64,000 nt of DNA, taken from positions 77,872,001-77,936,000 of the forward strand of contig NC_043003.1 of the NCBI RefSeq assembly GCF_006345805.1, in the 5' to 3' direction. The notes below the pieces were generated by a model. It searched no databases and was not told the origin of the DNA. It saw only the letters and a list, made by a program, of their open reading frames with translations. This stretch comes from Octopus sinensis. Taxonomy: Eukaryota. The position numbers and the translations under genes were made by a program. Positions 24,633-42,320 of this stretch are shown here, piece by piece (positions within the stretch are counted from its first letter, which is position 1; every line of letters starts with the position of its first letter).

Positions 24633-25199
24633 TAGTAGTCTTTTTTCTTTATGATGTATGTACCCTGGTACTTTGGAGACCTACAAGCAACTTGCAGTTT
24701 CGAACCCTGTACTTCTTAGACTGTGCTGACATTTTTCTTTTTCCACTTCCATTTTTACCACTGTTATAACGTATTTGCAACGTTTTGTCCCTGTTTTTTT
24801 TCTTGCTGATATATTAACATTACAGCTTCTCTTTCTCACTTTTACATTTTAAATTTCTAATAGTTTCTTTACTTGTTTCATCGTTCTTGCTGTTAACATC
24901 GCCTCTTTTTTTTATACTGTTTTCATGGATCTTAAAACACAACAATCTCCGACCTTGCGCCAGTGTTAGAAGATGTATATTATTACTGCTGCTGTGAATG
25001 TTGTAGAGTGGAATCGGCAACGTGTTGGATTCAAACACAACGATATTTAGTTTAGTGTTCAAATCGCGCTGTAATTGACTTTGCATATTTTATTGGAGGA
25101 GGGAGCATAAATAAACTAATTGCCAGTGAAGTACTATAATCGATATTATCAACCGTAACAGCATCAAAACATGTGTAACTGAGTCTTTGTGAAGAATTG

Positions 25200-25434
<235 letters not shown>

Positions 25435-26494
25435 AAATCTATATGGAGTTCTTGGCATATAATTATATAAAATAAAATAACAAATTTAAATATTTAATAA
25501 ATAACTGGAAAAACAAAAGACACCTAAACAATCACAAAACGAAGATAAAATATTAATGATATTGCAACGGAGAATTAATGCATTTTGATTATGCTCGCTT
25601 TAAAGTAATAAAAACTCTAATGTTTTCATCAGGAGAATTCTCAGTTTAACTCGATCTTTTGATGAATATAAAATCCTCTCGAGAAAATTGTGTCTGCTGG
25701 TAGCACTTATCATAAAGAAAAACCCTTCCTCACTTGATAACTCCATTTAAAAAATATCAAACTAAAACAGCAGCCATTTGTGAAAGCTAGGTACTTTCAA
25801 TAAAATATATCTTAACGTTAAAAGTCATTGGTAGCCATATTTGTTTTTCTGTTTATCTGTATCTGTATGTTGGTGTATATAATTTTCTTTGTTTTTTGGG
25901 GTTTTTTTTATTTGGTGGGGGGGGCTTGTTTGTCGTTGTTTTTGGTGGATTCTTTGTTTTGTAGTAGCTATCATTGCTATTGGTCTTTCTATTGTTTGAA
26001 AGTAGCTACTTATACTTTAAATTCTGTTTACAAGGCAATAATGACTTAACAACATTATGACTGCTAACAATGTCAAGTAAAAGCGACCGATAAATAACAA
26101 TAACAACAAATCATTTGACAATTTTCTTATTTATTTCATCCATTCCTTATTTATGTTATTTCTCTGAATGTTATGATACCTATAAATCAATTAGAGAGAA
26201 ACGAAAGGAAATACACATGGAGCAAGAGTAATTTTGCGATTAACTTGATGATATTGCAGACTTCACTTTATCACAGAGCCTACTCAACATCCATTGTTTA
26301 CGCAACGAGGTTCCTCAAATGCATTTAGAAATTCGTGTAAAGGAGAGTGATTTACTGCAGTCCATATAACCTAACACACACGCTGGTCATGTTTACGATA
26401 TTGCTTCTAAAATTTTCATTATCAAAGAAGTCTGTTAAAAAATATATATACGTGTATATAGGTGTGTGTGTGTGTGTGTACATGTATATATATA

Positions 26495-26555
<61 letters not shown>

Positions 26556-26558
<3 letters not shown>

Positions 26559-26785
26559 CGGCGAGCTGGCAGAAACGTTAGCGCGCCGGACGAAATGCTT
26601 AGCGGTATTTCGTCTGTCGTTACGTTCTGAGTTCAAATTCCGCCGAGGTCGACTTTGCCTTTCATCCTTTCGGGGTCGATAAATAAAGTACTAGTTTCTC
26701 ACTGGGGTCGATGTAATCGACATAGTCCCTTTGTCTGTCCTTGTTTGTCCCATCTATGTTTAGCCCCTTGTGGGTAGTAAAGAAA
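26556..26785 (+). mobile_element. Full OK-type SINE with Tx1-like tail inserted in (TA)n
   Basis: Complete head, core and tail, with (TA)n on both sides. Confidence 0.9.
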
Positions 26786-26790
26786 TATAT

Positions 26791-26833
<43 letters not shown>

Positions 26834-26869
26834 TATTATATATATATATACACACAGATAGATAGATAT

Positions 26870-26934
<65 letters not shown>

Positions 26935-27112
26935 CCGACAGACATACATATGTATATATAATATATTATATACATGTGTATATATACATACATGCACATG
27001 CACATTTAGCTATGTATCTAAATATAGATATATATATGTGCATAGAGTCATACAAACGTACAATCCCCGCATATGAGCATAACATATACATACATACACA
27101 CATGTGTGTATG

Positions 27113-29640
<2,528 letters not shown>

Positions 29641-29899
29641 TTCGTCTGTCCCTTTTAAATGTTAGCGTTTTGCTGTCTGCCTTGAAGCAGACCTTTCCGT
29701 TGCCACTGCCTGATATTTATGATTGATATTTCTAAATATTTTATTTCTCAACTTACTCAAGATCTTTTGTTGTTTATAAATGGGAGAGAGATAGATAAAG
29801 ATAGAGAGTAAGAGAAAGCGAGGGAGAGTCCGACAGAAAGGAAGAGTAAGAGAGTGAGGAAAATGAGAGAGAAAGGAGAGAGAAACAAAGAGGGAGAAT

Positions 29900-30195
29900 C
29901 ATCATCATCATCATCATCGTTTAACGTCCATTTTCCGTGCTAGCACGGGTTGGACAGTTTGACCGGGGTCTGGGAAGCCAGGAGGCTGCACCAGGCTCCA
30001 GTCTGATCTGGCAGTGTTTCTACAGGTGGATGACCTTTCTAACGCCAACCACTCTGTGAGTGTAGTGGGTGCTTTTTTCGTGCCGCCGGCACAGGTGCCA
30101 GGGGGGCTGGCAGCGGCAACGATCGGTTGGTGTTTTTTACGTACCACCGGCACAGAAGCCAGTCAAGGCGGCGCTGCAATCGGCCACGTTTTTTT
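29900..30195 (-). mobile_element. 3' UTR of RTE-type LINE with (GAT)n tail
   Basis: Reverse complement matches 62320-62511, which follows an RTE RT ORF. Confidence 0.8.
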
Positions 30196-30275
30196 TTACG
30201 TGCTGAAAGGAAGCAACAGAAAGTAACAACCACACTCTTACCCGCGCGTAGAGCGGGTCACCTTCAGCTAGTATA

Positions 30276-30311
<36 letters not shown>

Positions 30312-30328
30312 TGTATGTATGTATGTAT

Positions 30329-30738
30329 TACTCTTTACTCTTTTACTTGTTTCAGTTATGTGACTGTGGCCATGCTGGAACACCGTCTTTAGTCGAGCAA
30401 ATCGACCCCAGGACTTATTCTTTGTAAGCCTAGTACTTATTCTATCGGTCTCTTTGCCGAACCGCTAAGTTACGGGGACGTAAACACACCAGCAACGGTT
30501 GTTAAGCAATGTTGGGGTGGGGAAAAACACAGACACACAAACATATACACACTCATACATATATATATGTACATATATACGACGGGCTTCTTTCAGTTTC
30601 TGTCTACCAAATCCACTTACAAGGCTTTGGTCGGACCGAGGCCATAGTAGAAGACTCTTGCTTAAGGTGTCACGTAGTGGGACTAACCCGGAACCATGTG
30701 GTTCGTAAGCAAGCTACTTACCACACAGCCACTCCTAC
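30329..30738 (-). mobile_element. OR-type tRNA-derived SINE
   Basis: Reverse complement of the family seen at 44472, 51128 and 55217. Confidence 0.85.
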
Positions 30739-31049
30739 CCCTACATATAAGATTTTAGAAAAACGTCTTGATATAGTCACCATATTTGAAGACAAAATTT
30801 CTTTAAAAAATTAATTACGTAAAATGTTAAAGGAACAGAAGGACACCAAACATTATGGAAAGAAGTTTTCGTATTTTATAAACGTTTTACAATGTTTTCA
30901 GTTTTTCAAACAGGCGTGTCGCGTTAATGGCTAATTTGTGTAAAGATAGGTGTTTTTAGTAACGGTGTTCAATGTTTTTGCTTTAGTTTCGGATTTAGAA
31001 TCCATATAAATTAGTATTCTTTTACGTTTTTGTAGTTGATCATTTTCTA

Positions 31050-31450
31050 CTTTTATCTGAAAAAAATTTTGAATTTTGAATTTTCCTTTTACATCAATTT
31101 ACTACATGGAAGATTTCTAAGAAATGAATCTGATTGTTGCTTATGTAGCCGAAGCCAACGTATACATTTTGATTCTGTTCGTCTGATATAATTTCCATTA
31201 TATTGTGGGTATGTGATGCGGTGAGATCATTTCTTTAAGAATTAATGTTTGCATCAACCTTCAATTACTTCCCGTCCTCATTTTTTCACACATTCCTCAA
31301 CGAAGATTTCCACATTTTATTACATGCATTATTTCTTCTGGTGTAACCTCTGCCTTTAAAAGTCTTTTAAGATTTGGTGCTTGTCTTCGACTGCTAATAA
31401 TTTGTGATTCTTTGATTACACTGTAACAATTTTCATTTTTGTCTTTGATT
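31050..31450 (-). mobile_element. Decayed Penelope-like fragment (linker and GIY-YIG)
   Basis: IISSRRQAPNLKRLL...IKCGNLR*GMCEKM, the typical PLE R(Q)PPNL + C-x4-C-x2-C linker. Confidence 0.55.
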
Positions 31451-32259
31451 AGTAAGTGTTATTTCCTATTTACTTCTATTTAGAAATCAAAAGAAAGGAT
31501 CACCATTTCCTTCAAACTTTGCTTTAATGATCTGAACATCAATGTTTTGAAACTGACCTATTTTCCATTACAATTGAGACAGATTCAGTGCTGAGTCGTT
31601 GAAGCTAAAATATCGTTATAGCAAATATTTCTGTTCAATACCATAGATTTGCTTGTCAGTTGCTTGACATGAACCACTTGAGCATGTCCTTTAGTGGCTG
31701 ACAAGTGCATCTCTGATCGTGAGCAGTAGTGGGGGAGCATCATAACCATGTGTTGAGAGGGATTCTTTGGGGTTTGAATAAATGTAACAAAGGCAAAGTT
31801 TGAAGGGAATTTTATACTTTCAAGGGATATGCAAACAGGAAATAACCCAAGGGTAAAAATCGTGTTACACTGTACTATTTTTCTGAGATTTGATTATTGG
31901 TATAGAATTGGAAGGTATTCAATGGGCGAATGTAAAACGCTAAGGTTTCCAAGATTATGGGTAACAACAAATGGAATGTTTGTGTTTTTGTTTTTGCTAA
32001 TTACCTTCAGTTCACAAGAACGATTACTGCAACGTACTGTACTCGACATTGTAATGAGCAATTTATACTCGCGCGCGCATGCGTGTGTTTGTGTGTGCGT
32101 GTGTAGGAAAAACGGTATCAAAATCCGGGCGAAATCTTTAAAAGCATTCTGTAGGTATCAAACTTCGTTAACTAAATTGTCCGGTGAAAGTCATTGCAAT
32201 TCAGGTAGACTGTAAATAAACTGTCCATTTCTAAATTCAAAATTCTAATATTGAATAGT

Positions 32260-32870
<611 letters not shown>

Positions 32871-33120
32871 CTTTCTTTATTGGCCACACATGGCTGAACA
32901 CAGAGGGGACAAATACAAATGCAGAGCCTTTCTTTTCGAAGATGGAAAAAGAAAAAGGAAAAAAAGGAAACAAATGTAAAATTCCGATCAAAAGGGATCG
33001 GGAAAAAAAGGCGATCAAAAGGGATCGTGTATCACAGAAAGAATTTTTTTTAAGTAAGAAACAAGATTAGGTTCATCCGTGGAAAGAAAAGCCTACAGAA
33101 AAAAACCACGGTAACCTCAT
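32871..33120 (-). mobile_element. 3' UTR fragment of a Tx1-like LINE, inserted in (GATA)n
   Basis: Reverse complement resembles the 3' UTR at 18230-18449 (ggttttttctgtaggc...ttccac..gaacct; cagcc..tgtggccaataaagaaa). Confidence 0.65.
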
Positions 33121-33245
33121 AGATAGATAGATAGATAGATAGATAGATTGATAGATAGATAGATAGATAGATAAAGACAAACGTATGTGTGTATGTATAC
33201 ATTAGATATTTCATTATCAGAGAACATAAATGATTATATTTACGA

Positions 33246-33621
33246 CTAGCAGTATCGCCCGGCGTTGCTCGGGTTTGTAAGGGAAATAACTATAAAGCAT
33301 TTTTAGATAGTTATAGCCAAAATATAGCAAAAAAATGGGAAAAAAATTATGGTAAATTTTTTTGAGAGTTAAAAAGGTGGAGTTGCGTCCCCTTGACAGT
33401 CTGTGGTTTGTGTTTCTGATTCTCGACCCCATGTCGAATTTATCGATTTTTTCAGAACTGGGGGAACTTTTCAAAATTTTCGCTGCGTTAGTTTTGAATT
33501 ATGACATTGGGCTATGTGTGTGTCAAGTTTCATCAGAATCGGTTGAAAGCCGTGGTCAGGGTGAGGGTACAAGCAAACAGACACACAGAAACACACACAG
33601 ACACTGCCGTTTATATAGAGA
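33246..33621 (-). mobile_element. Non-autonomous Helitron
   Basis: Minus strand starts TCTCTATATAAAC and ends CCCGAGCAACGCCGGG (hairpin) + CGATACTGCTAG. Confidence 0.8.
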
Positions 33622-33930
33622 GCGATAACATTTTTCTTGATTACTAGTTAGAGCGGACATACCAACGACGTGTATATTTTCTGAAAACTTTACGTTCACA
33701 GAATACATCCCACGGTTGTTGCTTGCGGCAGTTTGCTTTACTGATTTACTGTGAATGCCGACATTTAAATATATTTCGTGTAATAAATCATAACTGGGTT
33801 AGTGTTCCTGATTGAAATGTCGTGATTTAGTTGAAAGGTTTAAAACGTACCGGATGCTTATAATATGCTCTTTCGTGCTCGCTGGACTCAAGTCTTCATA
33901 TATGAATTTGTGTGTGTGTGTGTGTGTGTG

Positions 33931-33982
<52 letters not shown>

Positions 33983-34267
33983 TGTGTCCTTTGTGTATGT
34001 GTGTGCGCGCGCGTTCTCCTATGCAGTCCAATTAACTGGGTGAACAACAACAATCCATCCATGTAATGTAGTTAAAAATTCAAGTGAAATTTCGTATTAC
34101 GTCTAATACCCGTCGGGTTCGAAAAAGTCATTTTCGTGTATCTATTCTAATATCTATCGTTGGAAAATCATTTTTATATAACTATGTGTACTGCTTGTAA
34201 TAGCAAAAATAATACACATACACAAGCAAATGCATAAACACACACACCGATATATATATATATATAT

Positions 34268-35100
34268 TCTGCTCTACCGCTCACTCTTTACAACACCTGT
34301 CCGTGTTCGGACTGTCCTTGCATAGGGGCCATCCGGACTACCGCTTGCGCCTTGAACAGGGATTAATCTTCTCTCTTCGCTCCCTTGCGCCACATGGGCT
34401 CAACTCTCCTCTCCTCACCTCTCTCCCCCCTCACACCTACATCCTCCCACACACCTCTCCTCCCTTACGCCGATTCCTACTTCTTCCCTTCACTCCTACT
34501 CTCCTTCTTTCTTCTCTTCACTCCTACGCACCTTTTCTTCTCTTCCCTCCTTCCCACCTTCTCCTTCCTCCCATCATCGTCACTCCTCCCTCGTTAGCCC
34601 AACCCACCCCTACACATTCCAACCCCACCTTCCCTATCCTCCCCCATCCCACGTCACCCCACCATATACACCCACACCCACATACCCCCATCTTTACCCC
34701 CAGCCTAACCCACACACCACCCTTGCTTTACCCACTCACGCCTCCCCCACCTCCCAACACCATCACACTACACCACACGCCACTACACCTTACACCACCA
34801 TACCACACAATGCATCACATCACAACGCACGACCACGCACACATCAGCACTGACCACTTCCCAGACCCACCTTTTCACACCTACACATATACACACGCCA
34901 TTACAGATCGCTAGCCACAACACATTCTTTATTTTCTCTCCTTGTTTCTTTCTGTATTACTTTCAGTGGAAGAGCGTAGGCTCGAAACGTTAAAGACTTT
35001 TTCACTTCCCGAGCGTTAAACTAATACCTCTGTTTGTTGTCTACTCTACCTGTCTTCGTCTTTTGTTGTTTTTTTTTGTGAATTCTCCCCCTATATACAT
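34268..35100 (+). mobile_element. Penelope 3' end (GIY-YIG C-terminus, C-rich UTR, hammerhead variant)
   Basis: HSLQHLSVFGLSLHRGHPDYRLRLEQGLIFSLRSLAPHGLN, same family as 48494-49990. Confidence 0.85.
34960..34995 (+). ncRNA. Degenerate minimal type-I hammerhead motif
   Basis: CTTT-CAGTGGA-A-GAG(CGTAGG)CTC-GAAAC-GTT-AAAG. Stems I and II pair, but the core has two changes relative to CTGTTGA. Confidence 0.55.
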
Positions 35101-35258
<158 letters not shown>

Positions 35259-35660
35259 TCATAAAATACAGTGTACATTTAAACACATAAGGAATCCACC
35301 CGTGAGATTCAACACGCTAGAAAGAACAGCTAGTTTCTGTAACCACAAAATTAGGGATAAAATCCGGCAGGAACGAAATGAAAAATTAAAAACTTTTACC
35401 ATCTAGTTTCCTGGACCAATTGGTTTCTGATTTTAGTTTAGCAAATAAATAATATTCGCTAGGTGAATATTATTTATTTGCTAAACTAAAATCAGAAACC
35501 AGGTCCAGGAAACTAGATGGTAAAAGTTTTTATTTTTTCATTTCGTTCCTGTCGGATTTTATCCCTAATTTTGTGGTTACAGAACCTAGCTGTTCTTTCT
35601 AGCATGTTGAATCCCACGAGTGGATTCCTTATGTGCTTAAATGCACACTGTATTTTATGA
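35259..35660. repeat. Foldback palindrome, ~200-bp arms, ~3-nt loop
   Basis: tcataaaatacagtgt...aatattcgc TAG gtgaatatt...acactgtattttatga. Confidence 0.95.
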
Positions 35661-35751
35661 GCTTTTGGAGTAAATTTTTACACGCTAGGCCACTGGAAGT
35701 GAAAATTTCTATTAATATCCATTTCCCTTCGATATGATTAAGTATATATAT

Positions 35752-35788
<37 letters not shown>

Positions 35789-35789
<1 letters not shown>

Positions 35790-35900
35790 AGTAATATTTA
35801 TCGCCACATCAATATGGCTGTTGACGTTACCACTGTTTTTAAATCACAGGAAGAAGTAGTAACGTCGAACTGCCATATTGATATGGCGATAAATATTACT
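35789..35900. repeat. Short foldback element, ~41-bp arms
   Basis: aagtaatatttatcgccacatcaatatggc..gacgttac pairs with gtaacgtc..gccatattgatatggcgataaatattactt. Confidence 0.85.
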
Positions 35901-35958
35901 TCTCGGTATAATTACTACTTTTATCTGTTATAAAGATTTTCTTTGCTATATATATGTA

Positions 35959-36033
<75 letters not shown>

Positions 36034-36359
36034 CAAAATGGGACAAGAAGGCAAAACATCCAGATAGACGATACAAAAAAAAACACAAAAAAGCAAAAAA
36101 ATATACACATATATATACATACACACAAATACATGCTAAGTATGTATATATATGGGATGGGGCGTATGTATGTATTTGCATGTGCACATGTTTTGCTATA
36201 ATAGGAAAATACACACAGTTATATAAAAGGGATTTTCCTACAAGAGTACTCTATATTGCAGCAAATTAATCAGAATAGATATACGAAAATGACTGCACAT
36301 ATTTTTTCGTAACCGACGGGTATTAGACGCGCAGAATATTAATTAATGATATTGTCCTG

Positions 36360-37048
36360 TTAGGAAGCAGTGAAGAGGAACTACAGGAGCCCAGAAAAGA
36401 GTATGATTCTGGTTAATAATAACAACCAAAACACAACAACCAGCATCATGCTAAACAGAGAGACACTTAGTGAAGTAGATGTCTTCATGTACCTAGGACC
36501 CACTCTGACCAAGGACGGCAGATGTCAAAAGGAGATGATTGAGTCTTAACTCAGTTTAGCCTCAGCTGTCATGACGAAACTGAACACCATATGGTTAGCA
36601 ATTTCATTAGTTTTCCAACAAGACTCAGTGTGTACAAGTCCCAAGTGGCTTCGATCCTTCATATGTGTGTGAGAGCTGGACTCTTAAAGCTGACGTGGAG
36701 CGAAGAATACGGCTGAGATAGAGTGAAGGCCGTTACACATCCCCTACATAGAGTACAAAACGAACAGCTTTGTCAGACAGCAAGTCAACAAATATGCTGG
36801 AAAACAGGAACCACTCTTTGCGCAGATAAGAAGACAAAAGCTTGCCCGTTACGGTCATGCATCCCGTCACAACTACCGATCCGAAATCATTCCTCAGGGC
36901 ACTGTTAAGGGAGGACAAAGGAGAGGCAGACAGAGAAAATCCTGGTTTGGCAACACCAAGGACTGGGCAGGTCACAACACAGTGAACCTGCTATGCACGA
37001 CAGGGAACAGAGACCAGTGGCGACGGCTGCCTACGAAATCGTCTAGAA
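36360..37048 (+). mobile_element. RTE(BovB)-type LINE RT C-terminal part, decayed
   Basis: LSEVDVFMYLG, CESWTLKA, YGHASRH..SEIIPQGTVKGGQRRGRQRKSW and RDQWRR. Confidence 0.8.
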
Positions 37049-38613
37049 CAGTGCTCCGCAACCTTTTTTCAGATCTAGTTCTTTTTTTTTTCATTCGCAA
37101 AATATGCATTTTTTTTAAATAACGGTAAAAAAATCTGAAAATTGGTTATAATAATGTTGCCTCCCAGTTTCATTGCTTTGAAGGTATGATGTTGTGGAGA
37201 AAAAAATTGTAGAAAAAAGTTACAGAGATTTAAAGTCGAAAAAATACTGTATATTTTTAACCAATAGCGAGACAGAAATTTTCTGCGTTTAGCGGAGCAG
37301 TGTCTAGTTTGAGGTTGAAATTTAGAGTTTAGCATCTGACCTGTTCGTTGTAGGTTTCTAAATAAACAGAAATACTTAATAAAATCAACATGCATCATCT
37401 TACTATTTCTTTTGTCCCTTCATTAATTAATTGTATGGTTTTATTATTTTTTTAAATCTTTTATGTCAATATATTTGTTTGCATGTGTTTCCTTTATGCG
37501 TATTTCTGTATTATGTATACCTGTCATGTATTTGTGTACATCATTAATATATAAGTGCATGTGGATGTATGTATTCATATATAAGTTTATATGTACATTT
37601 ATGCATCAATGCGTGTGTGTGTGTGTGAAGCGGGTGTCTGTCTCCAAAACTCCATAGTTAAGTAACGTTTTCATGCTTGGATTCGTAAACTACGAAAGAA
37701 TAACACTGATCAACAAAGAATTTGTTACAAGCAAAAGAATACCTGTATCTTATACATTTTTGCATGCAGAATTCAAAAATAATGTCAAATTTTTTGTATA
37801 ACCCATAGTTTCCCTGTTCCACGATATCCCTGTCAGTTCCTGTTACGTGGGCTAAATTTCAGTTCAGCTGTTGAAATGTGAAGCTAACGGTTTAAGAAAT
37901 ACTCCTAATTTAAATTTTATGAACAGAATTAACCTAGTGAAATCATAAATCCAGCTATCTGAGTCAATGAGTCCCAAAAATATATGAAATAGAAAAATAT
38001 GTAAATATACCAACACACAGAAAAATGCTAACACACAGAAAAAGGCACAGAAAAATACTAACACACAGCACAAAAAAATATGCAATATACCAACACGCAG
38101 AAAAATTAAAACAAAACACGTGGGTGAAAAAAATCATGTGGTGTGAAGAATTAAGTGGGAAAAAATCAACATAGACAACAATGGCACAGACAACAGTGAA
38201 TCACAACACACCGTATGGTTGTTATGGTAACAATCTGCTAATACCACGCTTTCTGTTGATTGGTTAAAATTACCCAAATTTCCCAACTTTAATGCCAAAC
38301 TTTAATGTCACATTCTTTAATTTACGAGATAAAGTAATTGGTTCATCGTAATCAAAATTCAGAGTTGCATTGATACACCAAAATTGATTGCAATCTGAGC
38401 CAAATTAAGTGGGGCTCATTTTGCGAATGAGGAAGACTAGATCCCTTTTTTCACTTGCGTTACACATATTATTTTCAAAATTCAGCGGCACACCTGAACT
38501 AAAAATATAACTAAACGTATGGAGAAAAAATTATATTCAGGTTTCACTCTGACACATCTAGCATCGCCTCGTGGAATACCAATGTGCCGCAGCATACTGG
38601 TTGCGGAGCACTG
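37049..38613. mobile_element. Non-autonomous hAT (Charlie-like) element
   Basis: Perfect 15-bp TIRs CAGTGCTCCGCAACC and GGTTGCGGAGCACTG. 8-bp TSD gtctagaa and gtttagag (NTCTAGAN type). Confidence 0.85.
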
Positions 38614-38679
38614 GTTTAGAGTGGCACCTCAACGACTGGTTTCATCAGTCAAAGGATTTTGATGATGTTGACATACAGG

Positions 38680-38717
<38 letters not shown>

Positions 38718-38739
38718 TACACACACACACATATATACA

Positions 38740-39150
38740 TACTCTTTTACTCTTGTTTCAGTCATTTGACTGTGGCCATGCTGGAGCACCGCCTTTAGTC
38801 GAGCACATCGACCCCAGGAGTTATTCTTTGTAAGCCTAGTACTTATTCTATCGGTCTCTTTTGCCGAACCGCTAAGTTACGGGGACGTAAACACACCAGC
38901 ATCGGTCGTCAAGCGATGTTGGGGGAACAAACTCAGACACACAAACAAATACACACACATACATATATATATATATACGTATACATATATACGACGGACT
39001 TCTTTCAGTTTCCGTCTACCAAATCCACTTACAAGACTTTGGTCGGCCCGAGGCTATAGTAGAAGACACTTACCCAAGGTGCCGCGCAGTGGGACTGAAC
39101 CCGGAACCATGTAGTTCTTAACCAAGCTGCTTACCACACAGCCACTCCTA
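38740..39150 (-). mobile_element. OR-type SINE
   Basis: Full-length reverse complement of the 44472 family. Confidence 0.88.
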
Positions 39151-39519
39151 CATATTTCAATTTTATTTCCTGGTAAAACAGTTAACTCATCATATTCAAA
39201 ATAAAAATATACTTTTACATATTAATTATGCCGAGGTCGACTTTGCCTCTCATTCTCTCGGGGTAGATAAAGTAAGTACCAGTTAAGCATTGCTGGCCTT
39301 GTGCCAAAATCTGAAACCAATGTACGTACACATGACACTCTTCACGTCATATATGCATCATGCAGTTAATTTCACATAAAAATATAATATTTCGCATAAG
39401 TCCCTTGTTTGAAAAATAAACGAAGAGGTTTTCATTGGCCAAGAAATGAACACGTCTTCCAAACATAGTGTGCCTGTGTCTTAGTATCACACCAGGACGC
39501 CCCCAAGTTTGTATATATA

Positions 39520-39566
39520 TGATTATATTTGTTTGTATACATGTGTGTATATATGTATGAATGTTA

Positions 39567-39610
<44 letters not shown>

Positions 39611-39951
39611 TAATATATAATATATATATATATATTATATATAGTGTGTATGTATGTTGCACACACGCACATATATACATACATACGGACAAACGCACAC
39701 ACATATATGTATAGTAGTACAATATACATACAATATAAAATACAATATACAATATATAATCATATGTATATAAAGGACGGGTGGGTGGGTGTATTGATAG
39801 GAGTTTGCATTACGTAATTCACTCGTAGGTTGGAAATTTACACCATATATATATATATATAGTATTCATAAGTTATGTTGAGATGGAACGCTTAGGGAGA
39901 TTTATATATATAAATATGAAGATTGAGATATTGTATGAGTATATATATATC

Positions 39952-39998
<47 letters not shown>

Positions 39999-40367
39999 AT
40001 ATGTGTGTGTATGTGTGTGTGTGTGTGTGTGTACATATATATATACGTATGTGTGTATAATACTTACATTCATATATATATATATTAATATATATATATA
40101 TATATATAATATACATATATATACATATATATATATGTATGTATCTATGTATCTATGTATGTATACATATAATATGTATATGTGTGTGTGTGTGTGTGTT
40201 ACACACACACAACTTATATATATACATATATATTATATATGTACTACTTGCATGCATACATATATCTATATACACAAATAGACACATATATTAATATATA
40301 TACATATATATATACACACACAATTACATATATATATATGTATGTATGTATTATGTATGTATGTATG

Positions 40368-40401
<34 letters not shown>

Positions 40402-40522
40402 TATATAGATATATTATTATATATTATATAATATATATATATATTATATATATATATGCCAGAACACACATACACACACATAGACTACTTGCATGCATAC
40501 ACATTATACACAAATAGACAAC

Positions 40523-40567
<45 letters not shown>

Positions 40568-40630
40568 TATATATATATATATAATATTATATATATATAT
40601 ATATTATATATATGTATGTGTATGTATGTA

Positions 40631-40665
<35 letters not shown>

Positions 40666-40900
40666 AATATATATGCCAGAACACACACACACATACATAT
40701 GTACTACTTGCATGCATCACATATATCTATATACACAAATAGACATATACAAATATATACATATATATATACATATATATACACAAACACAATTACATAT
40801 ATATATACATATATTATATACGCCACAACACACACATACACACACACACACAAACACATAAAGATACAGATGTAGATATATATATATTGCTCCATTTCTC
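39520..40900. repeat. (TA)n/(CA)n field with internal duplicated blocks
   Basis: actacttgcatgcat...tacacaaatagaca recurs near 40240, 40485 and 40700. Confidence 0.85.
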
Positions 40901-41489
40901 TCTAGCAGCTGACACAACAGTAGCGCATAAAAACCTAAAACGAGAAGTACTCTTTTCAAAACAGAATCACATTTCTGACATATCTTTCCCCTTGTTTGAT
41001 TTGCCTGTTTCCGATTTTATAGAATGGCAGCAGTAATTTGGGAATACCTAACGTCGTATCGAAATTGTATGCAACATTCGTAGTTTTCATAGAATATTAT
41101 ATACCACATTCAATGTACATTTATTGCCAAACTCTCTAGTATTAAAATGTTCACCTTTATTAAGTTGTGATTTCATTAACACCTATGTCTTCCTCACAAT
41201 TGTTTTCCTTATGTGTCTTGGAATTGGGAATATTGAACATAACGGAAGGTTGCTGTCGTCGTTGTTGTTGTTGTTGTTGATGATGAGGATTATGATGATG
41301 ATGATGATGATCCTGTTTTACCTCTCTATTTTCTCCGACTGATAATCTTTTCATTTTTTATTATTTTTTTGTTTTGCAGTCTCACGCTTCTCCACTTCAC
41401 TTCTTCTCTCTCTTTTTTCTTTCCTTCTCTTTTCCATTCTTTTACTTTTTTCACGCTCTCTCTCTCTCTCTCTCTCTCGTGCGCGCTAA

Positions 41490-41520
<31 letters not shown>

Positions 41521-41550
41521 TATATATATATACACACCTCATACACACAC

Positions 41551-41590
<40 letters not shown>

Positions 41591-42320
41591 ATTACTTATA
41601 CCCTGGCATATATATATATATATGTGTGGTGTGTGTATATATGTGTGTGTGTGTGTATATATATATAACATATATATATATATATATTATATATAATATA
41701 TATACATACATACATCCATACATACATACATACATACATACATACAATCATAAATACATACTATATATATATATATATACAAGATTATATATATACATAT
41801 AATACATACATGTATGTATGCATGTATGTATATATATTAGTGTGTTCGCCTATGAGACATATGTATATATACATATATTACACGAATATAGATAAGCACA
41901 TATATGCACAGGCATATACATACATACATGTTGGGGAGGGAATGAAGTCGGCAATGAATGTTTTTGGGTACTTGTTCTTGCTTACAGCGTTGTTCTGAGT
42001 TCAAATACTGCCTAATCATCTTAGCCTTTCATTCTAGAGATCGATGAAATATCAGTCCAGTGCGGTAGATTGGCAGAAAGTTATTGCGGCGGACAAGATG
42101 TTTCGGGGGGTATTTGTTTCGGATCACTGCGTTCCGAGTTCAAGTCCTGACTCTTTTAATCAGAAAACGCTTGAGGTCTGGGGACCAAAAAAAAAATATG
42201 AAAGGCTTGTGTAGTCCTTAAGCAAGTGCCCAACTATAATGAGCTGACCTCATCTCTGTGCTAGAACACCTCTCAAGCTAGCACTAAAAAATGCAAAAGC
42301 ACTTTCAAACCTCATGCTGG

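Noticed and set aside
24820-25086. 88-aa minus-strand ORF
   Set aside because: No domain motif or convincing splice sites.
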